Shown here: piece by piece, positions 18,773-28,476 of the stretch
Layout of the letters: each line of letters opens with the position of its first letter
Numbering within the stretch: position 1 is the stretch's first letter
DNA from: Phycisphaerae bacterium
Lineage (GTDB): Bacteria > Planctomycetota > Phycisphaerae > UBA1845 > Fen-1342
NCBI GenBank assembly: GCA_963675745.2
Contig: CAXXWX010000026.1
Coordinates: forward strand, 160,001-224,000
DNA: 64,000 nt
Direction: 5' to 3'
Translations under genes and position numbers: made by a program
The notes under the pieces: generated by a model
The model's database searches: none
Seen by the model: the letters and a program-made list of their open reading frames with translations, nothing else
What the model was told of the DNA's origin: nothing

Positions 18773-18978
18773 CCGAGCACTCTTGTGTCACTTGCCAAGA
18801 AGATACTGCGAGAGCTTTCTTCTCTCTCCACAACCGTACAAACAGCACAAACAGAGTACAAGTGGGGACAGCCACGGACGCCTTGCTCCGCAGAATCACT
18901 CCGACTGCAAGGATCAAGCCGCTTGGGTCGTCGGAATCGCTAATGGTTAGCAGGCCGCCGATACGACCTGCACCGCCG

Positions 18979-19038
18979 AGGCCTGACCGGTTGGAAACCG
19001 GTCCCACAAGGCCTGACCGACCGGAGGTCGGTCCCACA
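18979..19038. repeat. tandem pair of 30-bp REP-like hairpins
   Basis: aggcctGACCGGTT-gga-AACCGGTCccaca followed by aggcctGACCGACC-gga-GGTCGGTCccaca. Both have 8-bp stems and a GGA loop. Confidence 0.75.
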
Positions 19039-19104
19039 GGTTCCACAAGACGAACGCGTCGGTGTCGCCGCGGCAAGGCACAAGGCCGACCGCTTCGGTT
19101 TACG

Positions 19105-21636
19105 TTACGGCCCGGTGAACTCCGTCTGGAATTCGGCACAGTCCTGCAGATCCACGTCGTTGTCCTGGTCAGCATCGGCGTTCGCGAAATCGCCCGGGTC
19201 GCCGCCAGGCGGCGGGATGGTGATGTCCGGGCCGGCCATGACCAGTCGGAAAACCTCGAAGTCGTCGCCGTCAACATCGCCGTCGCCGTCCAGATCGCCG
19301 AACTCAGGCAGCCCGCAGAGCAGTTCGATGTCATCGAGGTAGACCGTGAACGGCCCGACGGTATCGACGATGCTGAAGCCCAGGTGTTCGAGGACACCCT
19401 TGTCATTGTCAGACGCGAGATTACCGTTGCCGGTCATTCCGTGGATCGGGTCGGTGAGCGGGTCGAAAACGAAGGTCTGCCAGACACCGGGCATGGGTTC
19501 AACGAGGACGCCTTGTGGTGCACCGTTCACGTCACTTGCGGCACCGACCCATTCAATTGTGCCGGACGTGCCGCCGTCCGCGCCGATGTCGGCCGTCGTT
19601 CCCGTCTCGCGGATGCCAAGCGTTAAGCGCAGACGCCCCGTGTCGAGACGCAGCCGGACCCGCACCGGTCGATCGAGGGCGATCGTGGGGTTGGGCACGA
19701 CTGGTGCGTTGTGCGTGGTCAGGCGCATCCAGCGCTGAGGATCAGTATCCACAAACTGCCATTGAATCGCATATGACTGCGTCGGGCTGTAGCCGCCGAC
19801 CGTGTCCGAAACCTCTGCGATATCAGGCGATTCCTCCAAATCCGTCGACGTCGAACCGCTATAGCGCGGGTGATTGAAGAGCACGCGTTCGCCATGTGAG
19901 TAACCCTCGAAGTCGCTCAGCATGTGATGCGAACACGGCGGCGGCGGCAGAACCGTCACGCCCCAGGTCTCCTGGTCACTGCCGGATGCGTTCGACGCCT
20001 CCACCGTGAATGAGATCGTCTGACCCACTTCGCCAACCGTCGGCGCCCAACCACTGACCAGGCCGTTGTCCGCGCTGGCCGTTGGCGGGCCGGAAATGAC
20101 GCTCCACGAACTCGCCACGCCCTGCGCGAGTTGGAGTTGCAGGATGTACTGCTCGCCCGCAACCACCGTGTCGGGGTCGGGCGAGACCTCCGCAATCACC
20201 GGCGGAAGCGGTGCGCCGAGCGTAATGTCCCGGCGTACAACGTCACCCGCTACGACTGATACAACGGGGCCGGACCCCGGACTGTAGCCTGGATGAGATG
20301 CCGTAAGCGTATAGGTCCCGTCCGGCACGAGCAGAAACGAGTAAAAACCGTCGCCCGAGGACAGCGCGGTGTAAGCTGATCCGGTCCGAGTAACCTGCGC
20401 ATCGACCACCGGCAGGCCGCCGGTGTCCGAAACGTAGCCATAGACCACTGCTGTGGCCGGCGAGGTCTTCCAGGGCATAGCCGGCACGCCGGCCGCACCG
20501 GCATACGGGCCCGCCGTGTAATCGCTCCAGTAATCGAACGAACTCCAGGAAAAGACGCTGTTGCCCTGGGCACCGCGCGTGCGCGACAGATCGATCTGCT
20601 CCAGCAGCGAGGTCACGCCCTGGCTGGTGCTGTGCCCCGCAACCACGTGTCGCTCGCCAGCGCCGGCAATCCAGGTCTGAAGCCGCGTGTCCCATGTCGT
20701 TCCCGCTCCGCCGGAGAAGTACATCATCGGTACGGCGATATCGAGCGCGCCGGCGTTCACCCAGCCGAGCGCATCCTGATGCTGGTTTGTCGGAGCGGTC
20801 GCGGGATTCGAGTAGACCGCCCCGCTGACCTTCACCTGCGGCCTGACAGACATGATCTCGGCGTAGATGTTGCGGACGTTGCGCGTAATCTGATCAGCGG
20901 TCCACTGTGTCAGGTCAAGACCGTCGGGGTTGGTCTGGGGATCGTTGAAGCGCGCCATGCTGATGGGGTCATAAGATGGCTCATTGCTCCATGGCGTGCG
21001 GATGCGATCGTAATGCACGCCGTCAACATCGTAGTTCTCGACGACGTACAGCACCTGCTGGCGTATGTATGCCTGTACGTCGGGCACTCCCGGCGCGAAC
21101 CAGACATACTCGCTCTCGCTGAACTGCGCGGGGGCATTGGGCACCTCATGGTGCAGCCAGTCGCGGTGGGCGGGATCGTCCGCCAGACAGTGGCTGTACA
21201 GAACATGGTTCGGGTCGGGCGGCAGCGTGTGTGCCGACGCCGGCACGCTCTGCCAGCATGTGTGCGTGTTGATGTAGGCGTGAAACTCGAGGCCGCTGGC
21301 GTGGGCGGCGCTGATGGCATAGGCGAGCGGGTCCCAACCCGGATCGGTCCCGCCGATCAGCGGCGACCAGACCTCGTACGGCGAGGGATACAGCACGTCC
21401 GCCTGGCCGCGGATCTGCCAGAAGACGGCGTTGAAGTTGGCGGCGGCGACGTCTTGCACAATCTCGTCGATGATCTGCTTGCAGGTCGCCTCGTCCGCGT
21501 CGGGCCACTCGTAACGCGTTACCCACATGGCGCGGAATTCCGGCGATTGACCGAACGATGTCGCGGTCAGGCCGACAGCGATGACAAGCAATGCGAATTG
21601 CCCCACATGGATGAACTGCCGCTTCGATCGGCGCAT
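19105..21636 (-). CDS. secreted glycoside hydrolase-like family 10 protein (GHL10/DUF187, YddW-like) with carboxypeptidase-regulatory-like domain and C-terminal dockerin-like domain
   Basis: EFRAMWV, NFNAVFWQIRGQADVLYPS, WDPLAYAI, YDVDGVHYD and IAVPMMY. C-terminal GDLDGDGDVDGDDF...ADADQDNDVDLQD. GGAGG RBS before ATG 21636. Confidence 0.85.
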   Translation of the reverse strand: MRRSKRQFIHVGQFALLVIAVGLTATSFGQSPEFRAMWVTRYEWPDADEATCKQIIDEIVQDVAAANFNAVFWQIRGQADVLYPSPYEVWSPLIGGTDPGWDPLAYAISAAHASGLEFHAYINTHTCWQSVPASAHTLPPDPNHVLYSHCLADDPAHRDWLHHEVPNAPAQFSESEYVWFAPGVPDVQAYIRQQVLYVVENYDVDGVHYDRIRTPWSNEPSYDPISMARFNDPQTNPDGLDLTQWTADQITRNVRNIYAEIMSVRPQVKVSGAVYSNPATAPTNQHQDALGWVNAGALDIAVPMMYFSGGAGTTWDTRLQTWIAGAGERHVVAGHSTSQGVTSLLEQIDLSRTRGAQGNSVFSWSSFDYWSDYTAGPYAGAAGVPAMPWKTSPATAVVYGYVSDTGGLPVVDAQVTRTGSAYTALSSGDGFYSFLLVPDGTYTLTASHPGYSPGSGPVVSVVAGDVVRRDITLGAPLPPVIAEVSPDPDTVVAGEQYILQLQLAQGVASSWSVISGPPTASADNGLVSGWAPTVGEVGQTISFTVEASNASGSDQETWGVTVLPPPPCSHHMLSDFEGYSHGERVLFNHPRYSGSTSTDLEESPDIAEVSDTVGGYSPTQSYAIQWQFVDTDPQRWMRLTTHNAPVVPNPTIALDRPVRVRLRLDTGRLRLTLGIRETGTTADIGADGGTSGTIEWVGAASDVNGAPQGVLVEPMPGVWQTFVFDPLTDPIHGMTGNGNLASDNDKGVLEHLGFSIVDTVGPFTVYLDDIELLCGLPEFGDLDGDGDVDGDDFEVFRLVMAGPDITIPPPGGDPGDFANADADQDNDVDLQDCAEFQTEFTGP

Positions 21637-21796
21637 CGTGACCTCCTGCGGAGATAGTGCTTCCATCCCTTACTATCGTCGAGTATAGCGAATGAGAGGA
21701 TGCGACCGTTTGAAGATACGAGGATTCGTCGGGCGTTTCTTCGGCCGCCGCGGAAAGCGGCGCCGCAGGCGTGCCGGCGGCCCCCGGCGCTGCGCT

Positions 21797-22435
21797 CTAC
21801 GTCATGCCGACAAGACTCTTGACCTGCTCGACCGCGCTGACCGCGTCGAAGCCGTAGGCGTCGGCCCCGATCTCGCGGGCGAACTCCGCAGACACCGGCG
21901 CCCCGCCGACAATCGTGCGAATCTCGCCGCTCAGTCCCCGCTCGCGCAGCAAATCGACCACAGTTTTCATCGCCGGCATGGTTGTCGTCAGCAGGGCCGA
22001 CATTCCAATCACCGGCGCGGCCAGCTTCCTGGCCTCGTCGATGAAGCGCTCCGGTGCCACGTCGTTACCCAGGTCGACGACGTCAAACCCCGCGCCCTTG
22101 AGCATGATGCCGACCAGGTTCTTGCCGATGTCGTGCAAATCACCCTGCACCGAGCCAACAACGACCTTGCCCAACGATGGCACGTCGTCCTTGATGAGCA
22201 ACGGTCTGATCAAGTCCAGCCCGGCGTTCATCGCCTTGGCGGCCATGAGCACTTCCGGCAGGAAGATTTCGTGCGCCTTGAATCGTTCACCGACCGTGGT
22301 CATCCCGCCAATCAGACCACTGTCCAGGATCTGCTTCGCGGAGAGACCGGCGTCTATTGCCTGGCTCGTGCGTTTCGCCGCCTGGTCCTCATCGCCGTTA
22401 ACGACGCTCTCGGCAAGCTCGGCCAACGTATCCAT
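21797..22435 (-). CDS. methyltransferase cognate corrinoid protein (MtbC/MttC-like)
   Basis: B12 cap domain plus GDLHDIGKNLV (DxHxxG), MSALLTTTM, IVGGAPVS and IGADAY. Confidence 0.95.
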   Translation of the reverse strand: MDTLAELAESVVNGDEDQAAKRTSQAIDAGLSAKQILDSGLIGGMTTVGERFKAHEIFLPEVLMAAKAMNAGLDLIRPLLIKDDVPSLGKVVVGSVQGDLHDIGKNLVGIMLKGAGFDVVDLGNDVAPERFIDEARKLAAPVIGMSALLTTTMPAMKTVVDLLRERGLSGEIRTIVGGAPVSAEFAREIGADAYGFDAVSAVEQVKSLVGMT

Positions 22436-22522
22436 GCCGGTTCTCCATGCAGGTCTTGACGCATTCAGTGTCCAAGCCGCGCGCCGATCCGCTCCCGTAC
22501 GACGGCGTCGGCGGGACCGCCC

Positions 22523-23989
22523 TTACTCGCCACACTCAGGCAGGCCGTCCATGCCAAACCGGCGGGCCTCAGCCTCCATGAGGCGGGTCAACTCCACCTT
22601 GATGTCGTCCGCCAGACGCGACGGCTGATAGGCGGCCAGCAGTCGCTGTACCTCGCCATGCGCCCGCTCGCGAAGACTGAGACCGCCCTCTTCCTGCCAA
22701 CGTGATCGGTTGGCCCGATCAATCGTCACGCCCGGGAAAAGGTGCTCGTCACGCAGGTGGCGTCTCGTGTGCTTCGAGATCAGCAGATGGTGTTCCGCGA
22801 GCAGCTCTTCGAAGCGAGGCAGGGCCGGAAAGTCCTCGCGGGGCTCGATGCCCTTCAACATGCGCAAGGTCATCCCGCAGATTTCGTTGTCCAAGATCAG
22901 CTTCTCGATGCTCAGGCAGCTCTCGAAGTCGAGCATGCCCGGCCCCGAAATGTTGTTGATCCCGGCGAGCGACGCCAGCGTCGCACCCATGGATGATTCC
23001 AGGCCCGCCTGGGCGTCAAGCTGCTTGCTGTCACTGAGCGCGATGTAGGCCTGCGTCGGCAGCCCGACGTGCTTGCCGATCTCGCTGTACGCGCAGTCCA
23101 GCATCATCGTCTCGACAGCGCCCATCGGCGTGGTCTCATAGCGAACGTCGAAAATCGCCGGCGAGCCGCCATAGAGTATCGGCGCGCCCGGTTTGGCAAG
23201 CTGGGAGATGACCACGCCGCTCAGAGTCTCGGCGGTGTGTTGCACCAGGCTGCCCACGAGGGTCACCGGCGCGACAAAACCCGCCAGCGGCATCGAAATG
23301 AACTCAACGGGAATAGCGCTCAAGGCACAATCGACCACGTTCTGGGAAGTGACATCACTCCACTTGAGCGGCGCCGTCGGGCAACATGAGAATATGCTGA
23401 GCGGCTTGGCCGCCAGCGCCTCGCTTGATCCGCGCACCGCTAGCTGAAGATCGCGCATGATGTTGAAGGCGTCCACCGTAAACGCGCCTGTCACAACCGG
23501 CTTCTCGCAGAAAAGCAGACTCAGGTACAGGCGAAAGCTGTCGGAGATTCGCTCATGAACATCGCGCGGGATCAGCGCGGTGCTCTGGGATGCGATATTG
23601 CCGAGTTGACTGACGACTTTTGCATAACGCACATAATCATGCGTCTTGGGCGTGCGCGTCGTGTTGGAGTCATAATCCAAAACGTTGATCGCCGCCGAAC
23701 CGGGCGTGTAGTAGACGTTTGAGCCGCCCAGCTCGTGGGTCTGCTCACCAAGCACGTCGTACAGCGCAAATGTTCCAGGGGCGGATTCGAGGGCTCGATA
23801 GATGATCTCGTCGGTCAAGACGACGCGCCGCACGTTTCCATCCACAGTGGCGCCGTGGTCTGAGAGCATCGAGAGGATGCCATCGTTGTGTATCTCGACG
23901 CCGATACTACAGAGGACGCCGCGTGCCTCGCGGACAATCTGCTCGATCAGCTCGTCGGTCAGGAATCTGACGGTCGGTCTCATCACCAC
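22523..23989 (-). CDS. trimethylamine methyltransferase superfamily protein (MttB-like, non-pyrrolysine)
   Basis: APVTLVGSLVQHTAETLSG, PGAPILYG, GAVETMM, DSKQLDAQAGLES, GMLDFESCLSIEKLILDNEI. The reading frame is uninterrupted with no in-frame TAG. Confidence 0.92.
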   Translation of the reverse strand: MVMRPTVRFLTDELIEQIVREARGVLCSIGVEIHNDGILSMLSDHGATVDGNVRRVVLTDEIIYRALESAPGTFALYDVLGEQTHELGGSNVYYTPGSAAINVLDYDSNTTRTPKTHDYVRYAKVVSQLGNIASQSTALIPRDVHERISDSFRLYLSLLFCEKPVVTGAFTVDAFNIMRDLQLAVRGSSEALAAKPLSIFSCCPTAPLKWSDVTSQNVVDCALSAIPVEFISMPLAGFVAPVTLVGSLVQHTAETLSGVVISQLAKPGAPILYGGSPAIFDVRYETTPMGAVETMMLDCAYSEIGKHVGLPTQAYIALSDSKQLDAQAGLESSMGATLASLAGINNISGPGMLDFESCLSIEKLILDNEICGMTLRMLKGIEPREDFPALPRFEELLAEHHLLISKHTRRHLRDEHLFPGVTIDRANRSRWQEEGGLSLRERAHGEVQRLLAAYQPSRLADDIKVELTRLMEAEARRFGMDGLPECGE

Positions 23990-24154
23990 GCTCCCGTACG
24001 CAGCCCGCCGGCGCCGCCGGCTCGGTTCGAGACAGAATCAGCCCCTGGAAGATACTTCACGAGCCCCCCGCCCGCAACGGCGCCGCATCGAAGCGCGCGC
24101 AACGCTCCGGGACACGTGCGGCGGGAATTCAGCGCCGGGGGTTTCCGAGTCATC

Positions 24155-24337
24155 TGCCCCGCAGGGGCATCTGAATATAGCCCAGCACGCAGTGCTGGGT
24201 TTGGATCGCGTACCCGGCCGTTGAGTCCCGTACGGGACGACTGAAAGCTCAGCCGTCCCGGTGGGACTCGGTTCTCACATGGCCACAATTCTCCCAGCAC
24301 TTCGTACTGGGCTATGTTCACTGCGTCCCTGCGGGAC
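24155..24337. repeat. large imperfect nested palindrome (REP/REPIN/MITE-like element)
   Basis: Left arm ccccgcagggg...tgaatatagcccagcac..gtgctggg...gagtccc..gggacgactga is mirrored by the right arm tcagccgtccc..gggactc...cccagcac..tactgggctatgttca...tccctgcggga, centred near 24247. Confidence 0.75.
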
Positions 24338-24477
24338 GACATGGCTACGGTCCGCAGATTGTGTCACGGCGCCCGCGCAACGCTCTCTCTGCTCCTGAAT
24401 CCCATGGCACGCTTGCCAGAACCGTCACACCTGGCCGACAATGCACGCGGATTAACCAACCAAACCAGGAGCCCTGT

Positions 24478-25653
24478 ATGTCCCCGCGTCCTCTCAATGT
24501 CGGTCTGGTCGGCGGCGGTGCCGGCGCGTTCATCGTCCACCCCCATCAGCGAGCCATTCACTTCGACGGCACCCGGCGCGTCATCGCCGCCGCACTGCAC
24601 CCCGATGCGAAAGTCGCACTCGATGAGGCGAAGAACTGGCCCTACCCAATCGAGGGCTACGCCAGCTATGACGAGATGATCGCGGCCCAGCGCGACAAGC
24701 CCGCCGACCAGCGACTCGACTACGTGCTGATCGTTACCCCCAATCACGTACACTTCGACCCGGCAATGAAGTGTATGGCGGCGGGGTTGCCCGTGTTCTG
24801 CGAGAAGCCGTTGACCGTCACACTTGAAGACGCCGACCAGCTCGTCGCGGCCGCGAATAAGTACAAGATTCCATTTGGCGTCGCCCACACATACCTCGGC
24901 CACTGGACCACGCGCTTCGCCCGCCACATCGTGCGCAGCGGCCTGCTCGGCGAAATCCGCTGGGCCGATGCGTACTACCTCCAGGGCTGGCTCGCCGACC
25001 GCACCGAGGATCAGGGCGTCATTCAGGCCGAGTGGCGCGTCGACCCCACGCGCGCCGGCGCGAGTTGCTGCGGCGGCGACATCGGCACGCACGCGCTCAT
25101 GCATCTCCGCTATATCACCGGCCTCGATGTCACGCGCCTGCACGCCGACCTCGAGACCTTTGTCCACGGCCGGCAGCTCGACGACCATTTCACCGCGTAT
25201 TGCGAGCTTTCCAACGGCGGTAAGGCGCTCGTTCGCGCGTCGCAGATCGCGATCGGCCACAAGAACGACCTGGGCATTGAGGTCAACGGCACCAAGGGCT
25301 CGCTCGTCTGGGTCGCGGAGACGCCGGAACACGTTATTGTCCGGCTCACCGACCAGCCCGACCGTGTGTACTACCGCGGCGCGGTGAGCGCCAACGACGG
25401 GTTCCTGGAGGATCTGCCGGCCGACCTGATGGCCGAGCCGACCATCCCCAGCGGGCACCCCGAGGCGTTTCATGACGCGTTCGCCCGGCTGCACCGCTGT
25501 TTTGAAGCCGACGTGCGTGCGTATCACGACAAACGGCCATTCGACTGCGACGGCAGCAAATACGCGAACGTGGCAGACGGCCGCATGGGCATCGCGTTCA
25601 TTGAGGCGGCGGTGAAGAGCGCTCGCGCGGGTGGTGAGTGGGTAAGCGTCTAA
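24478..25653 (+). CDS. Gfo/Idh/MocA family oxidoreductase
   Basis: VGLVGGG, IVTPNHVH, CEKP, YLQGWL and GDIGTH. AGGAG RBS before ATG 24478. Confidence 0.92.
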   Translation: MSPRPLNVGLVGGGAGAFIVHPHQRAIHFDGTRRVIAAALHPDAKVALDEAKNWPYPIEGYASYDEMIAAQRDKPADQRLDYVLIVTPNHVHFDPAMKCMAAGLPVFCEKPLTVTLEDADQLVAAANKYKIPFGVAHTYLGHWTTRFARHIVRSGLLGEIRWADAYYLQGWLADRTEDQGVIQAEWRVDPTRAGASCCGGDIGTHALMHLRYITGLDVTRLHADLETFVHGRQLDDHFTAYCELSNGGKALVRASQIAIGHKNDLGIEVNGTKGSLVWVAETPEHVIVRLTDQPDRVYYRGAVSANDGFLEDLPADLMAEPTIPSGHPEAFHDAFARLHRCFEADVRAYHDKRPFDCDGSKYANVADGRMGIAFIEAAVKSARAGGEWVSV

Positions 25654-25725
25654 CGCCGGCGAATCGAGCCGCGGCAGGCTCATGACGTGCGAAGCCGCGA
25701 CGCCACGTCTGCACGCGCGAATCCG

Positions 25726-28173
25726 TCAACTCCCGGAATCAAACGCGCGTTGGAACGCGACAAAATCCTGTATGTCCACGTCCAGGTCGGCGTCGCAGTC
25801 GAAGGCCTCGAGACACGCTTGCGCGTCTACCGGCGATGTATCGGGGCCGGCCAGGCAGTCCGTGAGCGCGAGCTGGTCATTCCAGTCAATCCCGCCGTCG
25901 CAATCGGCGTCACCCAATCGACAGTAGGCGACGACGAAGTAGGCAACCGGTTGGGCCATGATGGAATCGACGTACTCGAACTGTATAGTGCTCGCCCCGA
26001 TGGTCCGCGGACGAGCGACTTCGCTCCCCGCTTCGGTCACCGCGAAGACACGAATGCGGCTGTCGTCGCCCCACGCGCTGGGACGCAAAAGCGTCAGGTC
26101 GCCGTCGTCGCCCCGCGGTTGGCGAATCGTGATGCGATAGTCTGCCCGTTCGAAAATCAGATAATGCGGCGTGGAGCCGGCGAGCGCCTGGCCATTGAGA
26201 GTGGTCAGCACGCCTGCAATGACCGCGCCGTTACTTTCGGCCAGGAAGCCGTCGGCGGCGATGACATGCTCATCCTGCGACATGCCGGTCGGCGTCAGGT
26301 TTGCCGTAAGCACCGTGCCGTCGCCGAAGACGGTGCACGTCTGTCCTTCGATCGCCAGGTTCTCAAAGAACGTCATGCCGGCGCCGACGAGTGTGGACAC
26401 GAAGTGCTTCTGGAAAGCGTCCAACAGCTCGAGCCAATCGAGATCCAGCAGCGAAAGATCGTGCGCCAGCGAATAGCCCATCGACACGTGGTACGTCAGC
26501 GCGGGCAGGTCGTTCGCCATCGTCGCGCCCGCGAGGTTGTGCGCGTGGAAGATCAGGTTCTCGTGCGCCCAGAGCGGCGCCATCGGGTAAGGCGTGTAAG
26601 TGCCGCTCGGCCACGGGTGCCAGCCGATCGTCTGCGAATTGCAGTAGCCGCTTTCGAACCACGCCAGACGATCAAAACCTCCCTCGGTCATGATCGGCAG
26701 CCGTTGCGCGCTCCGCGCGGCTACGTCGATGAGTCCCTGAGTGTATTGGGTCGGGTCAGGCGCGGCGGGATTGCCGTCGTAACTCGGCTGGCCGCGCGCG
26801 CCGATCTGATCCTCGAACAGGAAATCACAGGGCACGGTCAACGTGAATTCGTCGCGCGTCTGATCCTGACGCGTGATGACCGCCGGCGATTGCGGAGTGA
26901 CCACGTACCCGCCGTGACCGTTGTAGGTTTCGTAGATCAGGCTCCCCGTGCGATCGCGCGCCACGATACCGGTTCCCAGCGACGCCAGCGTCGGAGATTG
27001 ATCATCCCACCACGTGGGATTGGTGTAAGGCATGACCAGATGCCCCGCTGACCGGGCGTAGGCCACCAGGTTCTGCAATTCGCTCTGCGTCCCCAGCGCG
27101 GCGTTGGGCGGCAGATAGTCCGGGTAGTACTCGTCAAACCCGTTCGGCCAGAACGCCACCAGGTGCAGCAGGTTGCCTGTCGGCAGACTGTCCAGGAAGC
27201 TCTGAAATGACGCGAAGGTCCACGAGCCTTGCTGGAAATCGCACTTCAGCAGCACGGCACGCGCGAGTTGTTCACGCAACGCCGCGCCGAGCTTGTCTTC
27301 CAGCGTCGGCATCGCGTCATGACCGCTGCGTGTCCAATACGCCGCCATCGCCTCATCCAGCGCCGCCCCAACGCTGAGCACTGTCGTCGGTGAGGTCCAT
27401 TGCTCCGTCGAGCCGATCTCCACGTCATAATCGTGGTGGTACTTGGCGACGCCGCCGGCGTATGTGTCGTCACGCAGGATCAACCAGTTGCTGGTCTTCA
27501 GCGGTATCTGGCGGTCTTGCACCAGGTAGACGGCAAAACTGCCCACGCTCAAATCGGTGTAGGCAAAGTCCGCGAACATCTGGCCCGGGTAACGCGAACC
27601 GAAGTCGTAGCTGTCGAAGAAGCTCGGCAGCAGGCGTATGCCCTCCTGGTACGGCACGAACACACCTTCAATCTCACCGCGGCTAAACGAGAGGTGCACG
27701 GGATAAGCAAGCAGTTCCACCGCATGGCTGGAGTGGTTGGCGATCGACAGTGTCGTGTCCACCTCGGGCCCATCCGTGGGCGCGATCGAGATTGTGACAT
27801 CGCAGGCGTATGTTCCGGTCGCGTGGTAGCTCAATGTCAGCGTCGTGGACGGCGCGTCCCACGAGTACGAGAAGAGCCGGGATGGGTCCGTCGGCGAGAA
27901 ATCCTCGCCGTCGAGCCAGGAATCATCGCTGAAGCGCAAAACCCAGGGGCCGTGCACGTTTCCGGGCGAGACCTGCGCGCCGGTGGTCTTATCGGTGATG
28001 TAGATCAGCCGCCCATCCGCCTTGCGCATTGCCAGTTCGAAATAGTCGGCGTTCCACAGGCGAACGCGATCCGCCTCGTTGTCCGCGAAGCCGATCTGCC
28101 CTGCCGCATCGCCGGGCCAGACCAGTGCGGCGGCCAGAATCGCAGAGGCGGTGAGGAACCGGAGCCTGAACAT
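25726..28173 (-). CDS. secreted putative glycoside hydrolase (DUF6259-like) with C-terminal dockerin-like domain
   Basis: Signal MFRLRFLTASAILAAALVWPGDAAG, a beta-sandwich region, then a barrel-like core (WPNGFDEYYPDY, VMPYTNPTWW, FLFEDQIG, IMTEG). Tail GDADCDGGIDWND...DCDADLDVDIQDF. The track's extension to 28977 is antisense to the next gene. Confidence 0.7.
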   Translation of the reverse strand: MFRLRFLTASAILAAALVWPGDAAGQIGFADNEADRVRLWNADYFELAMRKADGRLIYITDKTTGAQVSPGNVHGPWVLRFSDDSWLDGEDFSPTDPSRLFSYSWDAPSTTLTLSYHATGTYACDVTISIAPTDGPEVDTTLSIANHSSHAVELLAYPVHLSFSRGEIEGVFVPYQEGIRLLPSFFDSYDFGSRYPGQMFADFAYTDLSVGSFAVYLVQDRQIPLKTSNWLILRDDTYAGGVAKYHHDYDVEIGSTEQWTSPTTVLSVGAALDEAMAAYWTRSGHDAMPTLEDKLGAALREQLARAVLLKCDFQQGSWTFASFQSFLDSLPTGNLLHLVAFWPNGFDEYYPDYLPPNAALGTQSELQNLVAYARSAGHLVMPYTNPTWWDDQSPTLASLGTGIVARDRTGSLIYETYNGHGGYVVTPQSPAVITRQDQTRDEFTLTVPCDFLFEDQIGARGQPSYDGNPAAPDPTQYTQGLIDVAARSAQRLPIMTEGGFDRLAWFESGYCNSQTIGWHPWPSGTYTPYPMAPLWAHENLIFHAHNLAGATMANDLPALTYHVSMGYSLAHDLSLLDLDWLELLDAFQKHFVSTLVGAGMTFFENLAIEGQTCTVFGDGTVLTANLTPTGMSQDEHVIAADGFLAESNGAVIAGVLTTLNGQALAGSTPHYLIFERADYRITIRQPRGDDGDLTLLRPSAWGDDSRIRVFAVTEAGSEVARPRTIGASTIQFEYVDSIMAQPVAYFVVAYCRLGDADCDGGIDWNDQLALTDCLAGPDTSPVDAQACLEAFDCDADLDVDIQDFVAFQRAFDSGS

Positions 28174-28476
28174 CCAATACAAACCTCGCGCACATGATGA
28201 AGGGGCCCGCGCTTTTGCGCTGGCGAGCCCGTACGTACGTCGAGGGTAGTTGATCGCGAGCCCGAGTCCAAGCGCTTTTAGCCCGCACGGTATCAGCAGC
28301 GGCGGGACGTCGCGACCGGCAGACACGTCGTCGGAGAATGCGGCCACCCGAATCCCGGTGCTTGACCACCCGCCCCCGGACGTGCCTAGCATTGGTGTGA
28401 TAACTATCGGGCCACGGAACCGCTCGGCCGAGCTACTCGGTTGTGCGGCTCCACACTCAGTCAGAAGGGAGATACC

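Noticed and set aside
22523..23989. Pyrrolysine recoding in MttB
   Set aside because: No in-frame TAG and no pyl genes in the window.
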